Positions 1-15,810 of a stretch of DNA of 62,056 nt are shown in pieces. This stretch comes from Eledone cirrhosa. Taxonomy: Eukaryota. The notes below the pieces were generated by a model that worked only from the letters and a program-made list of their open reading frames with translations, ran no database searches and was not told the DNA's origin. Both the position numbers and the translations under genes were made by a program. Location: the NCBI GenBank assembly GCA_964016885.1, contig CAXHJY010000809.1:1-62056 (forward strand), read 5' to 3'. Within the stretch, counting starts at the first letter, position 1, and every line of letters starts with the position of its first letter.

Positions 1-251
1 ATATAAACAGTCTTATAAATAAATAGATACGACATAACCTTTTAATCACCTTGCATTTGGCAGGTTGATTTGGCAGATCAACCTCCCAAATGCAAGGTGA
101 TTGAAAGGTATGTCGTATCTATTTATTTATAGGACTGTTTATATTGTATTTTGTCTGAAGAAGGCATAACATATTGTTAATATGATATCCCTGAAATATA
201 TATGACAAAATAAATATGGTTTTATAAATATAGTTTCCATTTATTTAATAT
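1..251 (+). mobile_element. Penelope-like pLTR fragment with 5' fold-back palindrome (1-144) and degenerate hammerhead motif (147-212)
   Basis: 1-144 is an imperfect inverted repeat centred near 72. It is followed by TATTTTGT-CTGAAGA-stem-GAAA-TATATATG-ACAAAATA. A homologous copy lies at ~36010-36157. The element ends in a TA array. Confidence 0.6.
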
Positions 252-3657
<3,406 letters not shown>

Positions 3658-4260
3658 CGTTATTCCGGGTTGAATCGGAGGTAACCACAGTAAGTAAGGT
3701 ACTCAATACATAGCAGAGTATAACAGTTTTAATATAGATGAGATTCTACAGGACTAGAACTGTTTCATTCATTAGAAATCATCAGGAATCTGGGTATCAA
3801 AAAATAAATATGGTATTTATAGGTCTCTACAAGTGGTAGGAGAGGGTGGGGAGTGGGATAGGTGCAGGTCATTGGTTGATAGAAAAGGGAATTCATTAAA
3901 AGCTAATTCTACAAAGCTATAGTTAATTTTTATTTTTATTTATATTTATTTATGTTTTTAGAGTAACAAAGGCAGACAGAATTCTATAAACAGGTTCCGG
4001 ATGGCATACCATTCCTTGTCAATAAGTTTCTCTTAAGCTAACAGATGTCTATAAAATCAGTGGGGGGTCAGTCATGCTCCATAGAATTAAAGAAAAGGGA
4101 GATTCTTTAAAAGCTAAAGTCATTAAGGTTCTACTAAGTGACAGAGGTCTAGAGAATTCTGCAGACAGATTCAAAATACTGAGTGCATATCTTACTATTA
4201 TCTTGGAACTTCTCTTAAACTAATCAACAATATGCCAAAAATCAACAGACACGTTCACAA
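3658..4260 (-). mobile_element. Non-coding hammerhead-bearing Penelope-like/retrozyme-like element
   Basis: Contains the hammerhead at 3741-3791 and a downstream TATTGAGTAC motif shared with the element at 52041-52237. Bounded by TA array and A-rich repeat. The boundary near 4260 is uncertain. Confidence 0.5.
3741..3791 (-). ncRNA. Type-I hammerhead ribozyme
   Basis: Minus strand reads AGATTC-CTGATGA-TTTCTAATGAAT-GAAA-CAG-ttctagtc-CTG-TA-GAATCT. Stem I AGATTC/GAATCT, stem III CAG/CTG, GUA cleavage triplet; stem II is weak. Confidence 0.8.
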
Positions 4261-4380
4261 AAAAAACAAAAACAAAAAAACAAAAAAACAGAAAAACACA
4301 CATTAAAAACAAAAAAATATATATATATATATACATATATATATACATACATACATATATATATACATACATACATATAT

Positions 4381-4413
<33 letters not shown>

Positions 4414-4448
4414 TACATACATATATATACATATATATATATATATAT

Positions 4449-5044
4449 GGTGGCTGCCAACTCGTTTTCGAGTACGGCCACTACTTTATATCCATGTAGG
4501 AGAACCCCTACCGATGCGCTGAATAAGTGTGACTTTTTAGTCCAGCCAGCGACTTGAAAACTCTGGTACAAACACTACACTTGTGACAATTCTTGACACA
4601 TAGTGCTGGGCCCATGGTACCATGTGACGACAAGTGCAGAGAGATCTCCAGATATAAAGCAATGCCTGTGCCGTGAAGCTTTTATAGTGAGCAAAGGCAC
4701 TGCACAAAGCCAGTCCCACTCTCTTAACCAAGATGATATTTACCAAAAAGAAGAACAAGTCAACATCATTGGAAACCATCAGGGTTGCAGGTGTTATATC
4801 AGAGTTTTCCTTCTCCTAGAATTCTGCCTTGACAAAGGCTAAGGGGTCATCTCTCCTGGTGATTTTGGATGGCCATTGACTCTTAAGAGCTCCTTTGCCC
4901 TTTGACAGGTTTTGTTTTTAGTCCTGCAGGATGTCCAAAGTCACCCTCCTCACCAAGAAACCTTGGTGGGGTTGCCAGTTTAGTCGCCAACGACCCGACC
5001 ATGGGACAGGTTGTACTGGGATACATGTTACCAGTAGCACCAAC
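4449..5044 (-). mobile_element. Non-autonomous retroposon (~600 bp), probably RTE-derived, copy 1
   Basis: A near-identical second copy at 26587-26988 shares the 4449-side end but is truncated at the other end, as expected for LINE-type 5' truncation. Minus strand has GGAGAAGGAAAACTCTGA, which I recall as an RTE 5'-UTR motif. Flanked by TA arrays. Confidence 0.6.
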
Positions 5045-5117
5045 TATGTATATATATATATGTATGGATGTATGTATATATATATATATGTATGTATTTA
5101 TGTATATATATATATAC

Positions 5118-5148
<31 letters not shown>

Positions 5149-5469
5149 CATACATCCATACATATATATATATACATACATCCATACATATATATACATA
5201 CATCCATACATGTATATATATACATACATCCATACATATATATATATACATACATCTATATATATATATATACATACATATATATATACATACATACATA
5301 TATATATATACATACATATATATATATACATACATATATATATATATACATACATCTATAAATATATACATACATCTATATATATATACATACATCTATA
5401 TATATATACATACATACATATATATATATATACATACATACATATATATATACATACATACATCTATAT
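5045..5469. repeat. (TA)n/(TACA) array
   Basis: Directly visible. Confidence 0.95.
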
Positions 5470-6132
5470 GAAAAAAAAAAATTAGAAATAAGAGGAATCA
5501 GATGTTGTTTACTCGAGAGAAGGCTACGTTTGTATGGACACGTGATGCGCATGAAAGTCGATAGCTGTATAACAAAGTGCAGGGCAATAAAGATAGACGG
5601 TACCCACGGAATAGGCAGACCTAGAAAAACCTGGGACGAGCTGATAAACTCCGACCTCACACACTTACACCTCTCCAAGACAATGTCACTGGACCGAGAC
5701 CTTTGGCGGTACTCAGTAATAGAGAAGACCCGCCTTACCTAAATACATAGTAAAACCTACTACAGCCAGTAGGCATCTCTAACAAAATACACCCCCCACC
5801 ACCGCCACCCCATCCACACCACCCCCTCCTATGTAAAGTTATGTTGGTGCCGTACCATCCAGGCCGAAACAAATGAGATCGTGTAGGTGTCACGACAAAA
5901 AAACACACAGTCCACGCTGTAATGTGGCCGTGTAGGCAACACGGTAAAAACCTCCCAGACCCACACTGTAAATGTGGTTGGTGTTAGGAAGGGCATCCAA
6001 CTGTAGAAAACCTGCCAGACAGTCCTATGCGAGCAAGACAATCACTCTTGCCTCAAGTGGGACTACCCCCGTCCAAACCCATGCAAGCGTGGAACACGGA
6101 CGTTAAACGTTGATGATGATGATGATGATGAT
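5470..6132 (+). mobile_element. RTE LINE family A, 5'-truncated (ORF C-terminus + 3' UTR + (GAT)n tail)
   Basis: Encodes ...YGHVMRM...GRPRKTW...DRDLWR; 3' UTR matches other A copies; (GAT)n tail runs into (AT)n. Confidence 0.92.
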
Positions 6133-6327
6133 ATATATATACATATATATATATATATATGGGTTACATATGAAAAAGTTTATCCTCATCAGTGGCCTTC
6201 CAACCATCGTAGGCATTTCATCGCATTAAAGACCATATACCTCAGGTTGGTGCGAGCAACGGCTAAAAAAAGTTGTTGGGACACGTAAATGAAGGGGACG
6301 CTAGGGTAAACAAACAAAATGGTTTAA

Positions 6328-9300
6328 GCAACCGCCTCTCCTGCACACAGCATTTGATTCCTCTTATGCTCAGTCTCTCTCTCTCAATTCATTTATGCTT
6401 TGTCGTTCACGTATATTACTGTTACACATCCATCGGAGCATGCAGGCTTCGTTTCTCTCTAATCTACGTAAGTCTTCCACCTTCAGCGCCCAGGTCTCAC
6501 TACCATGTAACATTGCTGTTCGGATACACGCATCATACAGTCTGCCTTTCATTCTGAGGGAGAAACCTTTTGCAGCTAGCAAATTAATTAATTAAGCTTC
6601 CTGAGATCCCGCTACATCTCTTGTGTACCCATTGTTTGCATTTGGGGCAGAGAATGGAGTTCCTACCTACACCTTTCCTACATACTGAGCAAGGCCATTT
6701 CCCTGAGGGGATCTGGGTTCTGTTTTCTCGTCTACTTACAAGGACCTTAGTCTTTGTCATGTTGACTTTGAGACCCTTTCTTTCTAGTCCCTGCTTCCAA
6801 GTTTGGAATTTATTCTCTAGTTCTACCATAGATTCAGCTATGAGTGCGAAGTCATCAGCATACATGAGTTTCCATGGGCATCCGGTCTTAAACTCCTACG
6901 TTATTGCCTGCAGGACTATGATGAACAGGAGGGGGCTAAGAACAGAGCCCTGGTGGACCCCAACGTGTACGCTAAATTCCTCGCTATACTCATTGCTAAT
7001 CCTAACTTTGCTAACTGCTCCCCTATACATGGCTTGTACAGCTTTCACAAGCCATTCATCTACTCCTAGTTTTCTAAGAGCCCACCAGATTACAGCACGT
7101 GGAACTCTGTCAAAGGCTTTCTCAAGGTCGACAAATGTCAAGTAGAGTGGCTTACTTTTAGCTAGGTACTTTTCCTGTAATTGCCTCACAAGGAAGAGGG
7201 CATCAGTGGTGCCTCTTCCTGGTACAAACCCAAATTGCATCTCGTCTATTTCCACCCGGTCCCTAATCAACTGTGCTATAACTCTTTCTGTTACTTTCAT
7301 GATCTGGTCCATCAACTTTATACCTCTATAGTTTCCTCTATCTAGTGCATCGCCTTTAATTTTGTAGCAGTTGACAATGATGCTACTGCACCAATCTTTT
7401 GGTATGACACCTTCTAGTATTACCTGGTTAACAATACGTGTGGTTATAGTATGACCTACAGACCCAGATGCCTTCAGCATCTCGGCAGCTATACCCGATG
7501 GACCGGTTGCCTTCCCCATCTTCATATCTTTGATTGCCTTACTTACTACGTTGCTGCTGACTTGTACTGCTGGCCCCTCTATAGGGTCTACTTGGAGTAG
7601 GGTCTCTTCTTCCCATGCATTCTCCTCATTTAGTAATCTATCATAATGACTCTTCCATGCATCTTTCTTCTCAGCACTTGTGAGGGCAAGCTCACCTTTA
7701 TCATTCTGGATACACTTCTCTCCAATGACATCACAACTATCTCTGACACACTGCCTCGCAATCTTGAATACCTCCTGTTTCTGGTCCTGACGTTGCAAAA
7801 CATGCTTGAATTTTCTATCCTCTGCTTCCCTCCTAGCTAAGTATACTTGTCGCCTAGCTTCCCTCTTGGTCTCTATGTAATGTACCCTGCTCCCCCCGTT
7901 CTTACATTCTTTCCATGCCTGTCTCTTGGCCTTAGCTGCTTCATCTACCTTATTGTTCCACCACCAAGTCACTCTCCTCCTGCTTGAGGTCTTACTCCAG
8001 CCACAGACCTCATCTGTCGCCTCTAGTAAATTATTTTTTAGGAACTCTCAGTTCTCTTCTACATTAAATGTCTGTATCTGTTCTTCTTTACTGTCGTAGG
8101 CGTTGAGTAAAATATCTTTAAATCTATTACTGGTTGAGGGGACTTTCAGCTTCCAGATCTTTCTTCTCCAGGTTGGCCTCTGTTTCCAGGTTCGTCTAGT
8201 TCTGACCGTGAGGTCGCTGACAACTAAGCTATGTTGGGATGTACATTCCTCACTAGGGAAGGCTTTTGTGTTTACGACCGTCCATCTGTCACATCCTCTG
8301 ATGAGGATAAAATCTATCTGACTGGAGTGCTCCCCTGATCTATAGGTAATCAGGTGGTTGTCGGGTTTTTTAAAGTTTGTGTTACATATCGACATGTCAT
8401 TGGCGTCACAGAATTCTAGAAGTCTGAATCCTTCCTCATTTCTTGTGCCAACCCCATGGCCTCCATGTACTCTATTGAAGCCGTCGCAGTGTTTACCTAC
8501 ATGTCCGTTAAAATCTCCTGCGATGATTAGGAAGTCATTGTCGTCTGTTAGAGCAGTAGTGTGCATTAGGGACTCGTAAAACCTATCCTTAAGTTCGTCT
8601 GGCAGCCTCAATTGGGGTGCGTGAGCTGATATTATTGTGGTAATTGTTTTATTCAGGACTAGTCTGAGTTTAATGATTCTTGCATTTACCCTGTACACTG
8701 AGATTACTTTATCTACCCACTTGTCAGTTAGTAGTATACCTACACCACCCATCCCATCGTAATTTCCCACCCAGAAAAATTTGTAGCACCGACTTTTTCC
8801 TACCAGGACTCTGGCAGACTCTCCTCTCCATCTAGTCTCTTGCACACAGCATACATCAATTTCCTTTCGCTCTAGGATTTCTACGATTTCTCCTGCTCTT
8901 CCTTTCATTGAACCTATATTGATGGTACCAACTCGGAGTTTCGGGCATTTGTCGACACTCGTAGGGAAGGGTCTCCGGGTTGGCGCTTCACATGGGTGCT
9001 TGGTAGCTCGCAGATTCATATTTCATCTATTGATTCAGAGTTGCTCAAATTTATTCTCAGCTCATCCATCCATAACGGTGGGAAAATTGAGGGCTAGAAG
9101 AAGAGTGGTGGTGGGATAATGGCAGGGTGTGTTGGGCTGCGACAGGGGAGGAGAGAGTTAGTTAGGTAGTAGTAGTAGTAGTAGTAGCAGCCGTAGACAT
9201 GGCATGCTGAGGTTTGATTGGTCGAATAGGCTATGGTGGTGTGTGGAGGTGGGTGGGAGGGAAATTGTGAGGTAGGCACTGAGGGTCGCATGGTAATTAT

Positions 9301-9555
9301 CCGAAATAATACAGCAGAAAACAGCAGTAATATTAATAATAACATCATAAGAGCTAAGATATGTTCGAAAATTTCTATGGATGGGTGGCTGGAACGAAAC
9401 CAAATCAACTCTAGTGATACATTTTAGCTGAAAGGAGAAAGTGTCTTATCTCTGCAATAGCTTCAAGATGAGTGAGGTGGAATAGATAGAGATAGGGTAA
9501 CCATCATAGAGAGAGATATAGAGAGGGGGCGGGGGGGGGGGGGCACTGAGGGTGT
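6328..9555 (-). mobile_element. RTE LINE family B, near full-length but disrupted
   Basis: APE domain ORF 8048-9019 (VQETRW, AGDFNGHVG, SQIDFIL) and RT ORFs 6896-7972 and 6584-6865 (YADD). Has stops, an internal deletion at ~6583 and a missing 3' end. 9020-9555 is the putative 5' leader. Confidence 0.88.
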
Positions 9556-9562
9556 ATGTATA

Positions 9563-9621
<59 letters not shown>

Positions 9622-9676
9622 ATATATATATATATGTATGTATATGTATATATATATGTATGTATATATATATATA

Positions 9677-12057
9677 TGATAAAAAGTGAGGTGTTCAGGA
9701 TTGCCAGGCAATGTGTCAAGGAAAACCGTGATATTGTCGGGGAGAAGTGTGTACTTAACGATGATGGCATACTTGCCATCACCGACGCTGATAAGAAGGT
9801 AGCTTGGAAGTGTCACTACGAAAGGCTTCTAAATGAGGAGAACAAATGGGAGAAAGACAGTCTCCCCCACATCGACCCAATAGAGGGGCCAGCAGTGTTA
9901 GTCCAGGGTAGTACAATAAGCAAGGCAATCAAAGATACGAAGAGGGGTAAGGCGGCTGGTCCTTCGGAAATAGTTGCTGAGATGTTGAAGGCATCTGGTT
10001 CGGTGGGACACACCATGGTCGCCCGGATAGTTAACCAAGTCGTACAGAATGGGGTTGTTCCGAAGGACTGGCGTAGCAGCATCATCGTTAACTGCTATAA
10101 GGAAAAAGGAGATGCCCTAGATAGGAGTAACTATAGAGGCATTAAATTAATCGACCAGGTCATGAAGGTCACGGAAAAAGTAATAGCGCAACTAATCAGA
10201 GAGAGAATTGATCTAGATGAAATGCAGTTCGGGTTTGTGTCAGGCAAAAGTACCACAGACGCTCTTTTCATTGTATGACAACTACAGGAGAAGTACCTAG
10301 CTAAAAGTAAACCCCTATACTTAGCTTTCGTCGACTTGGAGAAAGCCTTCGACAGGGTCCCCCGTTCCATTATCTGGTGGTCACTTAGAAAACTAGGTGT
10401 TGACGAATGGCTTGTGAGAGCTATACAAGCCATGTATAAAGAAACAGTCAGTAAGGTTAGAATTAACAACGAATATAGTGAAGAGTTTAGCGTAAAAGTT
10501 GGTGTCCATCAGGGCTCTGTTCTTAGGCCCCTACTATTTATTATTGCCCTTCAGGCTATAACAGAGGAGTTCAAACCGGCTGCCCATGGGAACTCCTATA
10601 CGCAGATGATCTAACGCTCATAGCTGAATCAATGACCGAACTAGAGAAGAAATTCCAAACATGGAAGCACGGCCTAGAATCAAAAGGCCTTAAAATTAAC
10701 CTGGCTAAGACTAAAGTTCTAGTTTGTAGGAAAGAAAATAAGGCGGCGGTCCCATCTGGGAAATGGCCATGCTCAGTGTGTAGGAAAGGCGTAGGTAGAA
10801 ACTCCATTTTATGTCCCAAATGCAAAGTATGGGTGCATAAAAGATGTAGTGGGATCACAGGTAAGCTAACTAAGAACATAGATTTTACATGTGGCCGGTG
10901 CTCTGGTGCAATAAGTAGCAGCAAGTGCCCAAGAATACTAGCTCATTCCATTGCACAGATGGTTCTATAGAAATAGTGGACAGCTTCCGTTACCTGGGTG
11001 ACAAAATCAGCAGTGGGGGAGGGTGCTCTGAAAGTACAGTAGCTAGAGTCAGAACTGGATGGAAAAAGTTCAGAGAGCTTATACCACTTTTAGCCGCTAG
11101 AGGGTTCTCCCTAAAAATGAAAGGCAGGTTATACGATGCCTGCATACGAACAGCAATGCTGCATGGCAGTGAGACCTGGGCATTGTGTGCAGAGGATATA
11201 CGCAGACGAGAGAGGAACGAAGCTTGCATGCTCCGCTGGATGTGCAATAGTAATATACGTGAACGGCAAAGCATAAACGAACTAAGGAAAAAATTAGAAA
11301 TAAGAGGGATCAGATGTTGTTTACTCGAGAGAAGGCTACGTTGGTACGGTCACGTGATGCGCATGAAAGACGACAGCTGTATAACAAAGTGCAGGGCAAT
11401 AAAGATAGAGGGTAGCCACGGAGTAGGCAGACCCAGAAAAACATGGGACGAGCTGATAAATTTCGACCTCACACGCTTACACCTCTCCAAGACAATGTCA
11501 CTGGACCGAGACCTTTGGCGGTACTCAGTAATAGAGAAGACCCGCCTTACCTAAATACAAAGTAAAAACCTACTACAGTCAGTAGGCATCTCTATCAAAA
11601 CACACCCCCGTCCCACCACCTCCACCCCATCCACACCGCCCCTTTCAATGTAAAGTTATGTTGGTCCACAACATCCAGGCCGAAACAAATGAGATCGTGT
11701 AGGTGCCACGACAAAAAAAAACACACAGTCCACGCTGTAAATGTGTGTGGCCGTGTAGGCAACACGGTAAAAAACTCCCAGCCCACACTGTAAATGTGGT
11801 TGGTGTTAGGAAGGGCATTCAGCTGTAGAAAACCCGCCAGACAGTCCACGCTGTAATGTGGCCGTGTAGGCAAAACGGTAAAAACCTCCCAGCCCCACAC
11901 TGTAAATGTGGTTGGTGTTAGGAAGGGCATCCAACTGTAGAAAACCCGCCAGACAGTCCTATGCGAGCAAGACAACCACTCTTGCCTCAAGTGGGAAAAC
12001 CCCCGTCCAAACCCATGCAAGCGTGGAACACGGACGCTAAACCTGATGATGATGATG
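9677..12057 (+). mobile_element. RTE LINE family A, 5'-truncated, with stop/frameshifts and a duplicated 3' UTR segment
   Basis: RT fragments in ORFs 9556-10278, 10336-10614, 10632-10970 and 10925-11554; (GAT)n tail. Confidence 0.92.
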
Positions 12058-12117
12058 TATATATATATATATATGTATGTATATATATATATATATATGT
12101 ATGTATATATATATATG

Positions 12118-12156
<39 letters not shown>

Positions 12157-12229
12157 ATATATATATATATATATGTATGTATATATATATATATATATAT
12201 GTATGTATATATATATATATATATGTATG

Positions 12230-12298
<69 letters not shown>

Positions 12299-12411
12299 AT
12301 ATATATATATATATGTATGTATATATATATATAAATATGTATGTATATATATATATAAATATGTATGTATATATATATATATATATGTATGTATATATAT
12401 ATATATGTATG

Positions 12412-12442
<31 letters not shown>

Positions 12443-12875
12443 GTATGTATATATATATATATATATATGTATGTATATATATATATGTATGTATATATAT
12501 ATATATGTATGTATATATATATATATATGTATGTATATATATATATATGTATGTATATATATATATATTTATACATACATATATATATATATACATACAT
12601 ATATATATATATATATACATACATATATATATATATACATACATATATATATATATATATATACATACATATATATATATATATATATACATACATATAT
12701 ATATATATATATACATACATATATATATATATATATGTATGTATGTATATATATATGTATGTATATATATATATATGTATGTATATATATATATATGTAT
12801 GTATATATATATATGTATGTATATATATATATGTATGTATATATATATATATGTATGTATATATATATATGTATG
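12058..12875. repeat. (TA)n array with TATG/TACA polarity switches
   Basis: G-type variants to ~12560, C-type to ~12725, then G-type again. Confidence 0.95.
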
Positions 12876-15022
12876 CATCACCGACACTGATAAGAAGGTA
12901 GCTTGGAAGTGTCACTATGAAAGGCTACTAAATGAGGAGAATAAATGGGAGAAAGACAGTCTCCCCCATATCGACCCGATAGAGGGACCAGCAGTGTTAG
13001 TTGAGGGGAGTATAATAAGTAAGGCAATCAAGGATATGAAGACTGGTAAGGCGGCTGGGCCTTCGGAAATAGTTGCTGAGATGCTGAAGGCATCTGGCAC
13101 GGTGGGACACACCATGGTCACCCGCATAGTTAACCAAGTCGTACAGAATGGGGTTGTTCCGAAGGACTGGCATAGCAGCATCATCGTTAACTGTTATAAG
13201 GGTAAAGGAGACGCCCTAGATAGGAGTAACTATAGAGGCATTAAATTAATCGACCAGGTCATGAAGGTCACGGAAAAAGTAATAGCGCAACTAATCAGAG
13301 AGAGAATTGATCTAGATGAAATGCAGTTCGGGTTTGTGTCAGGCAAAAGCACCACAGACGCTCTTTTCATAGTACGACAACTACAGGAGAAGTACCTAGC
13401 TAAAGGTAAACCCCTCTACTTAGCTTTTGTCGACCTGGAGAAAGCCTTCGACAGAGTCCCCCGCTCCATTATCTGGTGGGCTCTTAGAAAACTAGGCGTT
13501 GACGAATGGCTTGTGAGGGCTATACAAGCCATGTATAAAAAAACAGTCAGCAAGGTTAGAATTAACAACGAATATAGTGAAGAGTTTAGCGTAAAAGTTG
13601 GCGTCCATCAGGGCTCTGTTCTCAGCCCCCTACTATTTATTATTGCCCTTCAGGCTATAACAGAGGAGTTCAAGACAGGCTGCCCATGGGAACTCCTATA
13701 CGCAGACGACCTGACACTCATAGCGGAATCAATGGCCGAGCTAGAGAAGAAATTCCAAACATGGAAGCACGGCCTAGAGTCAAAAGGACTTAAAATTAAC
13801 CTGGCTAAGACCAAAGTTCTAGTTTGTAGGAAAGAAAACAAGGCGGCGGTCCCTTCTGGGAAATGGTCGTGCTCGGTATGTAGGAAAGGCGTAGGTAGAA
13901 ACTCCATCTTATGTCCTAAATGCAAAGTATGGGTGCATAAAAGATGTAGTGGGATCACAGGTAAGCTAACTAAGAACATAGACTTTACATGTGGCCGGTG
14001 TTCTGGTGCAATAAGTAGCAGCAAGTGCCCACAAAATACTAGCTCTTTCAATTGCGCAGAGGGTTTTATAGAAATAGTGGACAGCTTCCGTTACCTGGGC
14101 GATAAAATCAGCAGTGGGGGAGGGTGCTCTGAAAGTACTGTAGCTAGAGTCAGAACTGGTTGGAAAAAGTTCAGAGAGCTTATACCACTATTAGCTGCTA
14201 AAGGGTTCTCCCTAAAAATGAAAGGCAGGTTGTACGATGCCTGCATACGAACAGCAATGTTGCATGGTAGTGAGACCTGGGCATTGTGTGCAGAGGATAT
14301 ACGCAGACTAGAGAGGAACGAAGCTTGCATGCTCCGCTGGATGTGTAACAGTAATATACGTGAACGGCAAAGCATAAACGAACTAAGGAAAAAATTAGAG
14401 ATAAGAGGGATCAGATGTTGTTTACTCGAGAGAAGGCTGCGTTGGTATGGACACGTGATGCGCATGAAAGTCGATAGCTGTATTACAAAGTGCAGGGCAA
14501 TAAAGATAGACGGTAGCCACGGAATAGGCAGACCTAGAAAAACATGGGATGAGCTGATAAACTCCGACCTCACACACTTACACCTCTCCAAGACAATGTC
14601 ACTGGACCGTGACCTTTGGCGGTACTCAGTAACAGAGAAGACCCGCCTTGCCAGTAGGCATCTCTAACAAAATACACCCCTCCCGCCGCCACCCCCACCC
14701 CATCCACACCACCCCGTTCTATGTAAAGTTATGTTGGTGCCGCGCCATCCAGGCCGAAACAAATGAGATCGTGTAGGTGTCACGACAAAAAAACACACAG
14801 TCCACGCTGTAATGTGGCCGTGTAGGCAACACGGTAAAAACCTCCCAGACCCACACTGTAAATGTGGTTGGTGTTAGGAAGGGCATCCAACTGTAGAAAA
14901 CCTGCCAGACAGTCCTATGCGAGCAAGACAATCACTCTTGCCTCAAGTGGGACTACCCCCGTCCAAACCCATGCAAGCGTGGAACACGGACGTTAAACGT
15001 TGATGATGATGATGATGATGAT
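12876..15022 (+). mobile_element. RTE LINE family A, 5'-truncated, RT frame open to 14667
   Basis: [28 protein letters not shown] motifs; 3' UTR and (GAT)n tail. Confidence 0.94.
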
Positions 15023-15058
15023 ATATATATATATACATACATATGTATATATATGTAT

Positions 15059-15098
<40 letters not shown>

Positions 15099-15149
15099 GT
15101 ATGTATATATATATATGTATGTATATATATATATATGTATATATATGTA

Positions 15150-15216
<67 letters not shown>

Positions 15217-15246
15217 GTATGTATATATGTATGTATATATATATAT

Positions 15247-15287
15247 AAGAAACAGTCAGCAAGGTTAGAATTAACAACGAATATAGT
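15247..15287 (+). mobile_element. 5' stub of the family A copy interrupted by the family C insertion (continues at 20032)
   Basis: AAGAAACAGTCAGCAAGGTTAGAATTAACAACGAATATAGT matches the A ORF (cf. 21705-21745) and resumes as ATAGTGAAGAG at 20032. Confidence 0.9.
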
Positions 15288-15520
15288 ATATATATAGGGA
15301 GCAGCATCTGTTAGGGCAAGACGTTTTTTCTTGGGCTCTGCTAGAGTCAGCAGCAACACACAACCACGTGTTGCTACACACACACAAGAGGAAAGAGAAA
15401 AATTTAAAATTTATGAGACCAATAGAGATATGTACATTTATATATTTATATCTAGATATTGCTATTATCATTTACAGTCCCTCTGTGTTTAATGTATGTT
15501 CATTAGTATATGTGTTGTTA

Positions 15521-15810
15521 TTTCTGCTTGCATTTTGCATATATCTATATATATGCTTGCGTGGACCCCTCTCAAAAATTCGTTGGATTTTCTAATTGGA
15601 TACCCTAACACTGGATACCAACACTGAATACACCTGAACTTCTACCAGGAAATCTTTCGTTGTCATTTCTGCTTGCATTTTACATATATAGATATATATA
15701 TCAATGGTTGCGTGGACCCCTCTTAAAGATTCGTTGGATTTTCTAATTGGATACCCCGAAACTGGATACCAATTACTGAATACACCTGAACTTCTACCAG
15801 GAAATCTTTC
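15521..15810 (+). repeat. Diverged ~140-bp tandem duplication in the family C leader
   Basis: TTTCTGCTTGCATTTT...CCAGGAAATCTTTC at 15521-15658 and 15666-15810. Confidence 0.9.

Noticed and set aside
6161-6327. Unique island with CTGATGAG on the minus strand
   Set aside because: No matching GAAA or stems before the TA array; unclassified.
12046-14667. 873-aa ORF fusing an IY repeat to RT (similarly 21490-22821, 50136-52049)
   Set aside because: Chance in-frame join of a (GAT)n tail, a TA array and a truncated LINE; no evidence of a real fusion protein.
13650-14931. Recurrent antisense ORFs (MERCKC..., MKELVF..., MSCSHR...)
   Set aside because: Antisense shadows of LINE copies; they recur only because the copies are near-identical.
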